Made by a program: the position numbers and the translations under genes. Below, one piece after another: positions 36,233 to 50,988 of a stretch of 64,000 bases of DNA. The DNA comes from Octopus vulgaris (lineage: Eukaryota): contig OX597825.1 of NCBI GenBank assembly GCA_951406725.2, positions 25,234,001 to 25,298,000 of the forward strand. The letters are read 5' to 3'. Position 1 is the first letter of the stretch; every line of letters starts with the position of its first letter. A model generated the notes under the pieces. It saw only the letters and a program-made list of their open reading frames with translations. It had not been told where the DNA came from and did not search any database.

Positions 36233-37057
36233 TTATTTTTATATTTGGGATCGTCATTCTTTTTTTCTTTTCCAAATAAACACTTGCACTATATATTTGT
36301 TCTTCACTCGTTTGTTACTGTTCTTGTAACACGTCTTTTGTCTGGAAATCTTTCGTCGCACATCTGTGACCTCTTCAGCGACACTTTCCGTCCTCATGTA
36401 TGCTCCTTCTATGCTTAATCCATTCTGTTGTTTTATTTGGAAAAAAAAAAGAAAAAAACCCGAACGACCATCATGAAATAGAACAATATCTGTACCAACA
36501 AACGGTTTCAAGAATCTTGCAGTAAGTTCATAAATGGAGTTATTTGATTAATGGAAATAACTCTTAATAATAATCTTACAGAGTTATGTCCCATGAACAT
36601 TCTTTTGTATACTTAATGTCTTTCGTCATATAAACGCGCACTATATTCGTTCCTCGCTTCAGATATATTTTATCATTGCTCTTTTTTTTACTGATAAGCT
36701 AGGGAGAGAGAGAGGGAGAGGGAAAGAGTGAGAGAGAGAGAGAGATGGAGAGCGAGAGAGAGATATAGATAGATAGATAGAGAGAGGGAGAGCGAGAGAG
36801 AGATATAGATAGATAGAGAGAGAGGGAGAGCGAGAGAGAGAGATATAGATAGATAGATAGAGAGTATAAAAGAGAGTGTGAGAGAGAATGAAAGACAAGG
36901 AGAGTGCGAGACAGAGAGTGAGGGAGATGGAGAGATAGAGAAAGATGGAGAGGGGGTGTGAGGAATAGAGAGAGGAAGTGATTGAGGGACAGAGAAAATA
37001 CATTATACACATATCAAGTATAACTAGATACTCACACACAACACAAAGTGTGTGTGT

Positions 37058-37095
<38 letters not shown>

Positions 37096-37183
37096 AAGGG
37101 AGAGAGCGAGAGAGCGAGAGAGAACAAGAAAAACCAAACGCCCGATGTCATGTAAGTCAGCGTCTAATGAGCGACGCCAAATA

Positions 37184-37384
37184 GGCTGCGCCATAACGGC
37201 TGCGCCATAACGGCTGCGCCATAACGGCTGCGCCATAACGGCTGCGCCATAACGGCTGCGCCATAACGGCTGCGCCATAACGGCTGCGCCATAACGGCTG
37301 CGCCATAACGGCTGCGCCATAACGGCTGCGCCATAACGGCTGCGCCATAACGGCTGCGCCATAACGGCTGCGCCATAACGGCTG
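37184..37384 (+). repeat. Perfect 14-bp GC-rich minisatellite (GGCTGCGCCATAAC)x14
   Basis: No variant units seen. Confidence 0.95.
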
Positions 37385-37530
37385 TACAAAAATATCTTAT
37401 GCCTGCTGAAATGTACTTTTCCATCTGCATACCTTGGGCAAGTGCCTTCTACTATAGCCTCAAGACAACCAAAGCCTTATGGTAGACGGAAACTGAAAGA
37501 AGCTCGTCGTATATATATATATATATATGT

Positions 37531-37778
37531 ATCAAAATAAGCAACAAGGATATCCAGAGGTAATGCAGTACGATCGTTTCATGCGACTCTATTTAATTGA
37601 ACTCTGCAAACATTACATCAGTTTAAAATGTAGAGCAATCTTCAGCTGGATAAAAATATAGAATCTAGTTAAATTCGAAGGACTCATTTGTATAATCTTT
37701 ATCCAAAATCAACCAATGGAATCGCATGAAACGTTCGTACTGCATTATCTCTGGATATCCTTGTTGCTTATTTTGATT
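37531..37778. mobile_element. Fold-back element (56-bp arms) inserted in the TA tract of a SINE A; Penelope pLTR-like
   Basis: ATCAAAATAAGCAACAAGGATATCCAGAG.TAATGCAGTACGA.CGTTTCATGCGA and its reverse complement at 37722-37778. Confidence 0.75.
37565..37650 (-). ncRNA. Putative type I hammerhead ribozyme (possibly decayed)
   Basis: Minus strand UCCAG-CUGAAGA-[UUGCUCUA...UAGAGUCGCAU]-GAAAC-GAUC-GUA-CUGCA. Confidence 0.5.
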
Positions 37779-37875
37779 ATAATCACCTTATTTTAAATTA
37801 TATGGATAATACCATACTAAATTCTGGTGCCTTCAACTTAAGTACCATATTCATCTGAATTTAAATTTTACTGAA

Positions 37876-37919
<44 letters not shown>

Positions 37920-38578
37920 TATACCCAAGTGTGTGTGTCTTCGTGTCTGTCTTTGTTCTCCCATCACCGCTTGACAAATGGTGTTGGCGTATTTACGTCC
38001 TGTAACTTAGCAGTTTGGCAAAAGACACCGAGAGAATAAGTACTAGTCGTAAAATAAGTCCCGGAGTCGATTTGTTTGACTAAAATCCTTTAAGGCGGTG
38101 CTCTAGCATGGCCACAGTTTAATGACTAAAACAAGTATAAGAATATCTGGGATCATGGAAACAAACAGTGGTCTGCACCAGCAAAAGTTACTCATTTGCC
38201 TTTAGTCTTAGTATCATAAATCACCACAGTTTTATAAGTTGGATGAATAAAAGATTAATTTAACTGTTGCGGGTTTAAACTCAACTATATAATATGTAAA
38301 TGAGAGTGAGAAAGAGAAAAGTAAAGAAAAGATAAAGACAAAAAGTCGAGAAGGCAAGGTAAAATAACTAAGGTGTAAGAAAGAAGAGGTGAATGAAAGA
38401 AACAGAATCAGAGAGATTCCTGTGGCACCACAGATCTTTTCTTATCTCATTCAACCAACTCCTTGATGTCTTTTTTAAAATCAAGACCGAAGACCAATGT
38501 CCCTAAAATAGGGATACTGGTAAAATACTTCATCGGAATTCAGTTAATTCTGTTAACTGCAAATGCATAAATGATATT

Positions 38579-41500
38579 ATTTGAATTGATGATAACGTAT
38601 AAATGTTAATATTTGAATTGATGATAACGTATAAATGTTAATATTTGAATTGATGATAACTTATAAATGTTAATATTTGAATTGATGATAACGTATAAAT
38701 GTTAATATTTGAATTGATGATAACGTATAAATGTTAATATTTGAATTGATGATAACTTATAAATGTTAATATTTGAATTGATGATAACGTATAAATGTTA
38801 ATATTTGAATTGATGATAACGTATAAATGTTAATATTTGAATTGATGATAAAGTATAAATGTTAATATTTGAATTGATGATAACCTATAAATGTTAATAT
38901 TTGAATTGATGATAACTTATAAATGTTAATATTTGAATTGATGATAACGTATAAATGTTAATATTTGAATGATGATAACGTATAAATGTTAATATTTGAA
39001 TTGATGATAACGTATAAATGTTAATATTTGAATTGATGATAACGTATAAATGTTAATATTTGAATTGATGATAACGTATAAATGTTAATATTTGAATTGA
39101 TGATAACGTATAAATGTTAATATTTGAATTGATGATAACGTATAAATGTTAATATTTGAATTGATGATAACGTATAAATGTTAATATTTGAATTGATGAT
39201 AAAGTATAAATGTTAATATTTGAATTGATGATAACGTATAAATGTTAATATTTGAATTGATGATAACTTATAAATGTTAATATTTGAATTGATGATAACG
39301 TATAAATGTTAATATTTGAATTGATGATAACGTATAAATGTTAATATTTGAATTGATGATAACGTATAAATGTTAATATTTGAATTGATGATAACTATAA
39401 ATGTTAATATTTGAATTGATGATAACGTATAAATGTTAATATTTGAATTGATGATAACGTATAAATGTTATAAATGTTAATATTTGAATTGATGATAACT
39501 ATAAATTTATTTAAATGTTAAATTTAATATTTGAATTGATGATAACGTATAAATGTTAATATTTGAATTGATGATAACGTATAAATGTTAATATTTGAAT
39601 TGATGATAACGTATAAATGTTAATATTTGAATTGATGATAACGTATAAATGTTAATATTTGAATTGATGATAACGTATAAATGTTAATATTTGAATTGAT
39701 GATAACGTATAAATGTTAATATTTGAATTGATGATAACGTATAAATGTTAATATTTGAATTGATGATAACGTATAAATGTTAATATTTGAATTGATGATA
39801 ACGTATAAATGTTAATATTTGAATTGATGATAACGTATAAATGTTAATATTTGAATTGATGATAACGTATAAATGTTAATATTTGAATTGATGATAACGT
39901 ATAAATGTTAATTTTTGAATTGATGATAACGTATAAATGTTAATTTTTGAATTGATGATAACGTATAAATGTTAATTTTTGAATTGATGATAACGTATAA
40001 ATGTTAATTTTTGAATTGATGATAACGTATAAATGTTAATATTTGAATTGATGATAACGTATAAATCTTAATTTTTGAATTGATGATAACGTATAAATGT
40101 TAATTTTTGAATTGATGATAACGTATAAATGTTAATATTTGAATTGATGATAACGTATAAATGTTAATTTTTGAATTGATGATAACGTATAAATGTTAAT
40201 ATTTGAATTGATGATAACGTATAAATGTTAATTTTTGAATTGATGATAACGTATAAATGTTAATATTTGAATTGATGATAACGTATAAATGTTAATTTTT
40301 GAATTGATGATAACGTATAAATGTTAATTTTTGAATTGATGATAACGTATAAATGTTAATATTTGAATTGATGATAACGTATAAATGTTAATTTTTGAAT
40401 TGATGATAACGTATAAATGTTAATTTTTGAATTGATGATAACGTATAAATGTTAATTTTTGAATTGATGATAACGTATAAATGTTAATTTTTGAATTGAT
40501 GATAACGTATAAATGTTAATTTTTGAATTGATGATAACGTATAAATGTTAATTTTTTGAATTGATGATAACGTATAAATGTTAATTTTTGAATTGATGAT
40601 AACGTATAAATGTTAATATTTGAATTGATGATAACGTCTAAATGTTAATTTTTGAATTGATGATAACGTATAAATGTTAATATTTGAATTGATGAAAACG
40701 TATAAATGTTAATTTTTGAATTGATGATAACGTATAAATGTTAATTTTTGATTTGATGATAACGTATAAATGTTAATATTTGAATTGATGATAACGTATA
40801 AATATTAATTTTTGAATTGATGATAACGTCTAAATGTTAATTTTTGAATTGATGATAACGTATAAATGTTAATATTTGAATTGATGATAACGTATAAATG
40901 TTAATTTTTGAATTGATGATAACGTATAAATGTTAATATTTGAATTGATGATAACGTATAAATGTTAATATTTGAATTGATGATAACGTATAAATGTTAA
41001 TTTTGAATTGATGATAACGTATAAATGTTAATATTTGAATTGATGATAACGTATAAATGTTAATTTTTGAATTGATGATAACGTATAACTGTTAATATTT
41101 GAATTGATGATAACGTATAAATCTTAATATTTGAATTGATGATAACATATAAATGTTAATATTTGAATTGATGATAACGTATAAATGTTAATATTTGAAT
41201 TGATGATAACGTATAAATGTTAATTTTTGAATTGATGATAACGTATAAATGTTAATATTTGAATTGATGATAAAGTATAAATGTTAATATTTGAATTGAT
41301 GATAACCTATAAATGTTAATATTTGAATTGATGATAACGTATAAATGTTAATATTTGAATTGATGATAACGTATAAATGTTAATATTTGAATTGATGATA
41401 ACGTATAAATGTTAATATTTGAATTGATGATAACGTATAAATGTTAATATTTGAATTGATGATAACGTATAAATGTTAATATTTGAATTGATGATAACGT

Positions 41501-44500
41501 ATAAATGTTAATATTTGAATTGATGATAACGTATAAATGTTAATATTTGAATTGATGATAACGTATAAATGTTAATATTTGAATTGATGATAACGTATAA
41601 ATGTTAATATTTGAATTGATGATAACGTATAAATGTTAATATTTGAATTGATGATAACGTATAAATGTTAATATTTGAATTGATGATAACGTATAAATGT
41701 TAATATTTGAATTGATGATAACGTTATAAATGTTAATATTTGAATTGATGATAACGTATAAATGTTAATATTTGAATTGATGATAACGTATAAATGTTAA
41801 TATTTGAATTGATGATAACGTATAAATGTTAATATTTGAATTGATGATAACGTATAAATGTTAATATTTGAATTGATGATAACGTCTAAATGTTAATTTT
41901 TTGAATTGATGATAACGTATAAATGTTAATATTTGAATTGATGATAACGTATAAATGTTAATATTTTTTGAATTGATGATAACGTATAAATGTTAATATT
42001 TGAATTGATGATAACGTATAAATGTTAATATTTGAATTGATGATAACGTGTAATATTTGAATTTATAATATGTTAATATTTGAATTGATGATAACGTATA
42101 AATGTTAATTTTTGAATTGATGATAACGTATAAATGTTAATATTTGAATTGATGATAACGTATAAATGTTAATATTTGAATTGATGATAACGTATAAATG
42201 TTAATATTTGAATTGATGATAACGTATAAATGTTAATATTTGAATTGATGATAACGTATAAATGTTAATATTTGAATTGATGATAACGTATAAATGTTAA
42301 TTTTTGAATTGATGATAACGTATAAATGTTAATATTTGAATTGATGATAACGTATAAATGTTAATATTTGAATTGATGATAACGTATAAATGTTAATTTT
42401 TGAATTGATGATAACGTATAAATGTTAATTTTTGAATTGATGATAACGTATAAATGTTAATTTTTTGAATTGATGATAACGTATAAATGTTAATTTTTGA
42501 ATTGATGATAACGTATAAATGTTAATTTTTGAATTGATGATAACGTATAAATGTTAATTTTTGAATTGATGATAACGTATAAATGTTAATTTTTGAATTG
42601 ATGATAACGTATAAATGTTAATTTTTGAATTGATGATAACGTATAAATGTTAATATTTGAATTGATGATAACGTATAAATCTTAATATTTGAATTGATGA
42701 TAACGTATAAATGTTAATAATTGAATTGATGATAACGTATAAATGTTAATATTTGAATTGATGATAACGTATAAATGTTAATTTTTGAATTGATGATAAC
42801 GTATAAATGTTAATTTTTGAATTGATGATAACGTATAAATGTTAATATTTGAATTGATGATAACGTATAAATGTTAATTTTTGAATTGATGATAACGTAT
42901 AAATGTTAATTTTTGAATTGATGATAACGTATAAATGTTAATTTTTGAATTGATGATAACGTATAAATGTTAATATTTGAATTGATGATAACGTATAAAT
43001 GTTAATATTTGAATTGATGATAACATTTATACGTTATCATCAATTCAAAAATTAAGATTTATACGTTATCATCTATTCAAATATTAAGATTTATACGTTA
43101 TCATCAATTCAAAAATTAAGATTTATACGTTATCATCAATTCAAAAATTAACATTTATACGTTATCATCAATTCAAAAATTAACATTTATACGTTATCAT
43201 CAATTCAAATATTAAGATTTATACGTTATCATCAATTCAAAAATTAACATTTATACGTTATCATCAATTCAAAAATTAACATTTATATGTTATCATCAAT
43301 TCAAATATTAAGATTTATACGTTATCATCAATTCAAAAATTAACATTTATACGTTATCATCAATTCAAATATTAACATTTATAAGTTATCATCAATTCAA
43401 ATATTAACATTTAAACGTTATCATCAATTCAAATATTAACATTTATACGTTATCATCAATTCAAATATTAACATTTATAAGTTACCGTCAATTCAAATAT
43501 TAACATTTAAACGTTATCATCAATTCAAATATTAACATTTATAAGTTATCATCAATTCAAATATTAACATTTATACGTTATCATCAATTCAAATATTAAC
43601 ATTTATACGTTATCATCAATTCAAATATTAACATTTATACGTTATCATTAATTCAAATATTAACATTTATACGTTATCATCAAATCAAATATTAACATTT
43701 ATACGTTATCATCAAATCAAATATTAACATTTAAACGTTATCATCAATTCAAATATTAACATTTATAAGTTATCATCAATTCAAATATTAACATTTATAC
43801 GTTATCATCAATTCAAATATTAACATTTATACGTTATCATCAATTCAAATATTAACATTTATACGTTATCATTAATTCAAATATTAACATTTATACGTTA
43901 TCATCAAATCAAATATTAACATTTAAACGTTATCATCAATTCAAATATTAACATTTATAAGTTATCATCAATTCAAATATTAACATTTATAGGTTATCAT
44001 CAATTCAAATATTAACATTTATACGTTATCATCAATTCAAAAATTAACATTTAGACGTTATCATCAATTCAAATATTAACATTTATACGTTATCATCAAT
44101 TCAAAAATTAACATTTATACGTTATCATCAATTCAAATATTAACATTTATATGTTATCATCAATTCAAATATTAAGATTTATACGTTATCATCAATTCAA
44201 ATATTAACAGTTATACGTTATCATCAATTCAAAAATTAACATTTATACGTTATCATCAATTCAAAAATTAACATTTATACGTTATCATCAATTCAAAAAT
44301 TAACATTTATACGTTATCATCAATTCAAAAATTAACATTTATACGTTATCATCAATTCAAAAATTAACATTTATACGTTATCATCAATTCAAAATTAACA
44401 TTTATACGTTATCATCAATTCAAATATTAACATTTATACGTTATCATCAATTCAAAAATTAACATTTATACGATATCGTCAATTCAAAAATTAATATTTA

Positions 44501-46186
44501 TACGTTATCATCAATTCAAATATTAACATTTATACGTTATCATCAATTCAAAAATTAACATTTATACGTTATCATCAATTCAAAAATTAACATTTATACG
44601 TTATCATCAATTCAAATATTAACATTTATACGTTATCATCAATTCAGATATTAAGATTTATACGTTTTCATCAATTCAAATATTAACATTTATACGTTAT
44701 CATCAATTCAAAAATTAACATTTATACGTTATCATCAATTCAAAATTTAACATTTATACGTTATCATCAATTCAAATATTAACATTTATACGTTATCATC
44801 AATTCAAATATTAAGATTTATACGTTATCATCAATTCAAATATTAACATTTATACGTTATCATCAATTCAAAAATTAACATTTATACGTTATCATCAATT
44901 CAAAAATTAACATTTATACGTTATCATCAATTCAAAAATTAACATTTATACGTTATCATCAATTCAAAAATTAACATTTATACATTATCATCAATTCAAA
45001 TATTAACATTTATACGTTATCATCAATTCAAAAATTAACATTTATACGTTATCATCAATTCAAAAATTAACATTTATACGATATCGTCAATTCAAATATT
45101 AACATTTATACGTTATCATCAATTCAAATATTAACATTTATACGTTATCATCAATTCAAATATTAACATTTATATGTTATCATCAATTCAAATATTAAGA
45201 TTTATACGTTATCATCAATTCAAATATTAACATTTATACGTTATCATCAATTCAAAAATTAACATTTATACGTTATCATCAATTCAAAAATTAACATTTA
45301 TACGTTATCATCAATTCAAAAATTAACATTTATACGTTATCATCAATTCAAAAATTAACATTTATACGTTATCATCAATTCAAAAATTAACATTTAGACG
45401 TTATCATCAATTCAAAAATTAACATTTATACGTTATCATCAATTCAAAAATTAACATTTATACGTTATCATGAAATTCAAAAATTAACATTTATACGTTA
45501 TCATCAATTCAAATATTAACATTTATACCTTATCATCAATTCAAATATTAACATTTATATGTTATCATCAATTCAAATATTAAGATTTATACGTTATCAT
45601 CAATTCAAATATTAACATTTATACGTTATCATCAATTCAAAAATTAACATTTAGACATTATCATCAATTCAAATATTAACATTTATACGTTATCATCATG
45701 ATAACGTATAAATGTTAATATTTGAATTGATGATAACGTATAAATCTTAATATTTGAATTGATGATAACGTATAAATCTTAATATTTGAATTGATGATAA
45801 CGTATAAATGTTAATATTTGAATTGATGATAACGTATAAATGTTAATATTTGAATTGATGATATCGTATAAATGTTAATATTTGAATTGATGATAACGTA
45901 TAAATGTTAATATTTGAATTGATGATAACGTTTAAATGTTAATATTTGAATTGATGATATCGTATAAATGTTAATATTTGAATTGATGATATCGTATAAA
46001 TGTTTATATTTGAATTGATATAACGTATAAATGTTAATATTTAATAAATTGATGATAAATAAATGTTAATAATATTTGAATTGATGATATCGTATAAATG
46101 TTAATATTTGAATTGATGATATCGTATAAATGTTAATATCTGAAGTGATGATAACCTATAAATGTTAATATTTTAATTGATGATAA
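38579..46186. repeat. 32-bp AT-rich satellite (~7.6 kb, ~235 units) with an internal inversion at 43021-45697
   Basis: Unit ATTTGAATTGATGATAACGTATAAATGTTAAT (variant ..GTTAATTTTTGAA..); the reverse-complement unit runs between the two junctions. Confidence 0.97.
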
Positions 46187-48009
46187 GGCGCCGAGTTAAC
46201 ACAGTTGTCTGCACGCTGGGCAAAATATTTAACGGTTATTTCGTCCGTCTCTACGTCCTGAGTTCAACTTCAGCTGCGGTCGACTTTTCTTTTGTTCCTT
46301 TTGGGGGTCAACGATGTAAGTACCAGTTGAATACTGAGGTCAATGTAATCGACTCGCTCCCAATCCGCTCTCTTAAAAAAATTCCAGGCCTTGTGCCTTT
46401 AACATAAAGGATTATTTTGGTCATCTGTCACTCACAAGCGAACATTATCGATATAGCTTGTACCACACTTTCGCTATGTCGTTATGCAATCGCAAGCAAA
46501 CGTAAACACACTCCTGGAGAGAAGGCCGAACCAGGAACTGGCTAGTACACATTTTCAGCTGAGAGGACCAGAGTAACGAGAAATAACGTAGACTGCTGAA
46601 GGACACAACAAACTGCTTAGTGCAGGAATGGAACCCGTTTCGTTACGACTGAGTCAAGCACCCAACGATTATACCAGTGCTCCGCAACCATTTTTTCACT
46701 TTCGGTACATTTATATTCTTTGCAAAATTCGGCTCACATCTGAACTGAGAATATTAACTAAAAATTAAAGGAATAAAAATATATTCAGGCTATACTGCGG
46801 CTCACCTAGCATCATCTTGTGACACCAGTGTGCTGCGCCGTACCGGTTGCAGAGCATTGCATTAAACTACACCTTTTCATAGCAGTCACTAAAAAAAAAA
46901 AATTGATGGGACATAACTCAAAAAATTATCATTATGAGTTATTTCCCTTGATAATAAAATCTTAGTATTTTATAATTTTATTAAGTTTGACAGGAACTTT
47001 ATAATTACTACGCTAGTCAATGAAAAGCAACACCTGTCAAACGTTGAAGTTTATTTAATTGACAATGTCCTCTCCATCTGTTGCTTTGGAATAGTAATAG
47101 AAATTGATATTATTGATTTGTATAAATAAACAAAACAACAGGTGTTCCACGACATGTAGTTTAGGGGTATATTATTCAACTGCAGATAGTAAAGTCTCGG
47201 TTAAAATCCGACTGTACAATTCGTCATCATCAACTCCTGGACATTCCTGTGTCGAGACCTCGGACTTACAGGGCCGGTCAACTGATTTCCATGGCGTATA
47301 AGTGATCAAGATCACAACACTCTCCTAGAACGGGACGCACGTCCGTTGCCAGCTGAATGGAAGTGAGCAACGTTAAACGAAGCGTTTTTTCTCAAGAGTA
47401 CGATGTCCCGCCCGGTTCGAGAATCGAAACCGCGATATTTTGAGCAACACCCTAACTACTAGGCCACTCGCTGTACCATCTACACCATCACTTTTCTTGT
47501 TATTTCCATTTTTTCTCTCAATGTACTAGTGATGCATGATCCATATCAGGTCACCGGTTAAAAATTCTTCACCGAAGAATTTTAACTTTTACTTCGGCAT
47601 TTTTTTTGGTGTATCTCTTTCACGTGTAGTCCACAGAAGTTCTGTATCAAGCAATCATTTCTGCTATGGGTACAATGCCTGAAATTTTGTGGGGAGGTGG
47701 TGTGGGATAGGTGGGCTAGGCGATTACTTCGACTCCATACTTTATTTTAACGATCCCGAAAGGAATAAAAGGCGAAGTCGACCTCGGCGGAATTTTAAAT
47801 CAAAACGTAAATAGTTACGATCCCGTCAGCTCGCAGCCTTAGTATGTCATCAAATAATATACATATACATATCTCGATACACGCACACACACACGCACGC
47901 ACATACATACATACAAACATACATACATACATACATACATACATACATACATACATACATACATACATACATACATACATACATACATACAAACATACAT
48001 ACAAACATA

Positions 48010-48051
<42 letters not shown>

Positions 48052-48057
48052 AGCGCA

Positions 48058-48202
48058 GCAGTGGCTGTGTGGTAAGTAGCTTGTTTATTAACCATATGGT
48101 GCCGGGTTCAGTCCCACTTGGGTAAGTGTCTTCTACTATAGCCTCGGGCCGACCAAAGCCTTGTAAATGAATTTGGTAGACGGAAAACGAAAGAAGCTCG
48201 TC

Positions 48203-48254
<52 letters not shown>

Positions 48255-48290
48255 CCTCATTCAAATAACTGAAACAAATAAAAAAATAAA
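48058..48290 (+). mobile_element. SINE family A with internal deletion
   Basis: GTGGCTGTGTGGTAAGTAGC head, TA tract, short tail. Confidence 0.7.
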
Positions 48291-48293
48291 AGA

Positions 48294-48369
<76 letters not shown>

Positions 48370-48383
48370 CCTTCTGTCTGTCC

Positions 48384-48424
<41 letters not shown>

Positions 48425-48918
48425 ATTACACACACACATATACACACACGCATATTGGAAAAATTGGAGTCAGCAAGAAGAGGTACATTTGGACATTTAT
48501 TTTTTAATCCCTACAATTGTTTCGACGTATCGTAGTTCTCTAGACGTGCAGGCACTTGGTTATACAGTTGTTTCCCTGCATTATGAGTTCAAGTTGTGTT
48601 TCCTCATGCGATATGTAAATATTGTGTCTGTAAGTTTAAAATCCTCGGCTTCAAAAACATCCCATATGTCTGAATTCAGTAGTAGTCACTACTGCATCTA
48701 GATGTCATAATGCAGAGAGACAGTTGCATAATCAAATGCCTGCGCTCCTGGAGAACTACATTGCGTGGAAACAATTGTAGTGACTAAATAAATAAATATT
48801 CAATCGTACCCCTTCTTGTTGTCTCCAATTTTTTCAATTCACACAAGGCAGTTACCCAAACGCAAACCTGGAAGTACCTACCACCACCACCACCACCACC
48901 ACCACCACCACCACCACT

Positions 48919-48957
<39 letters not shown>

Positions 48958-49243
48958 GTCGTCATCATCATCATCCTTGTTATTAAGGCAGCGAGCTGGC
49001 AGAATCGTTAGCACGCCGGATAAAATAAAATGCCTTGTGGCATTTCGTCCGTTTTTACGACTTGAGATCAAATTCTGCTGAGATCAACTTTGCTTTCATC
49101 ATCACGGGGGTCGATAAAATAAGTACAAGTTGAGCATTGGGGGATCGATGAAATCATCTTACCCCACTCCCCTCAAATTGCTGGCCTTGTATCAAAATTT
49201 GAAATCAATATTTCACCAACAATTATATCTAAAAAGATATATT

Positions 49244-50681
49244 TACAATGTGCATTCCAGAAATTTTCAGAATTTTTTTTGGAATGACATTTATTAAGTT
49301 CAAAGAAGTACTAAAATCTGATCTCTGTAGCACTCCAGCCACTTTGTGAAGGCCCCACGGAAGTCCTTCGAAGTGAAGGTGTCCAGAACCCTCGTCACAG
49401 TTTTCTTCGTCTTCACGTTCAGTTTGTGGAACTACTGAAAGTTACACGTAGCTAGGTCTGGACTGTAGGAAGGGCGAGGGACAACTTTGATGCCCATCTC
49501 TGTGAAGTAATCGCTTACTTGGATGGGATTGTGGATTGGTGCTTTATCTTCGTGCAGATGCTTTGGCATTTTCGATGAAATCTCTTTCTAGACACCTTCA
49601 AAACCTTTACAAAGTACTCTTTGTTGACTGTTTGGCTTGAAGAAACCCAATGGATATTGAAAATGCTCTTGCCGCCGAAAAAGTGGATCATCACAAGCTT
49701 CCCGGTAGACTTGCTTTGCCTGGCTTCTTATGCCAGCGAAAAACACTCTCGGCTCATACAAGATAATCCATAATTAGTCTGGAGCGTTTATTAAGTTTCT
49801 GTAGCATCTTCGCCCAGATTAACACAAATCTTTATGGCATAGCGAGTTCCCAAATTGTCTTCACGTCCCAACTACTTTCTGCAAACTTGCCAGCTGTGAC
49901 AAGCAGTGTTGAGCAGGGAATGTTCAAAGTGCTCTTACAACCGTTTCCTTCAATCCGAAATAACAAAAATTGGCAGATCAGCTCATTAGACGTATAATAA
50001 TAATATACTAAAACTAGCAGTATCTGTTTCTTTACTACCCACAAGGGGCCAAACATAGAGGGGACAAACAAGGATAGACAAAGGTATTAAGTCGATTACA
50101 TCGACCCCAGTGCGTAACTGGTACTTAATTTATCGACCCCGAAAGGATGAAAGGCAAAGTCAACTTCGGCGGAATTTGAACTCAGAACGTAGCGACAGAC
50201 GAAATACAGCTACGCATTTCGCCCGGCGTGCTAACGGTTCTGCCAGCTCGCCCGGCGTTGCTCGGGTTTGTTTCGACCCTTTAGAATTGAAATTTTTGAA
50301 AAGTAAAAATTTTGCATTATGTAGCTTGTTATTCTCTTTAAGTGAACATTTTTCTGGTTGAAATACACAGAAAAATGGCGAGACAGCAGTAAAAAAATCG
50401 TAAAAAATAGGGATTTTCATAGAAAAAAGCACCTTTTTGATGTAAATAATTTTTCTTGAAATTTTTCTTCTACGGAAGGAAGAGCAAGCCTTCTTCTATC
50501 ATGATCTCAATTTTGGTCAACTTGCGCCACAGGGTCTCGGAGGAGAAAGTGTTAGTTGGAGGCAACCAAACCTGCCACACACACAGACTTCAGCTTTATA
50601 TATATATAGATTACAACAATCTACGACAGTTATAACTGTCTCTCCTAAAAAAAGTCTCAAAACTTTGGAATGCACCTCTTA
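49244..50681 (-). mobile_element. Decayed mariner transposon with nested insertions
   Basis: Minus strand HLHEDKAPIHNPIQVSDYFTEMGIKVVPRPSYSPDLATC (HxDNAxxH and YSPDLAP motifs); imperfect TIRs TA..GTGCATTCCA at 49244 and TGGAATGCAC..TA at 50666-50681. Confidence 0.75.
50013..50610 (+). mobile_element. Helentron-like element with SINE B (50025-50250, minus) inserted in its 5' end
   Basis: ACTAGCAGTATC|SINE|GCCCGGCGTTGCTCGGGTTTG; body matches the uninterrupted copy at 51679-52072. Confidence 0.7.
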
Positions 50682-50824
50682 TATTTAATTAGTTATAAAG
50701 ACTGAAGTTTCTTTTAAACATTACAACTTCATTGTATTGAATATTGATTACACTGTTGTCTTAAGTTTTCGTATAGTATTACAATTTGGAGCGGAACGGA
50801 GAAAAACATGTGAGTATTAACGGG

Positions 50825-50988
50825 TTTTTTTTTGTGGTGGTGGCGGGGTTATTGTAACAGAATCTAAGTTTGTTATTTCAGGTCATACATAATAGATTCC
50901 AATACTTGAATTAATGAGACATAAAGACGACCTGAAATAACAAACTTAGATTCTGTTACAATAACCCCGCCACCACCACAAAAAAAAA
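50825..50988. repeat. Perfect 60-bp inverted repeat with a 44-bp spacer
   Basis: 50825-50884 is the exact reverse complement of 50929-50988. Confidence 0.9.

Noticed and set aside
38579-46186. 32-bp repeat as a CRISPR array
   Set aside because: The units are directly tandem with no unique spacers, so this is a satellite.
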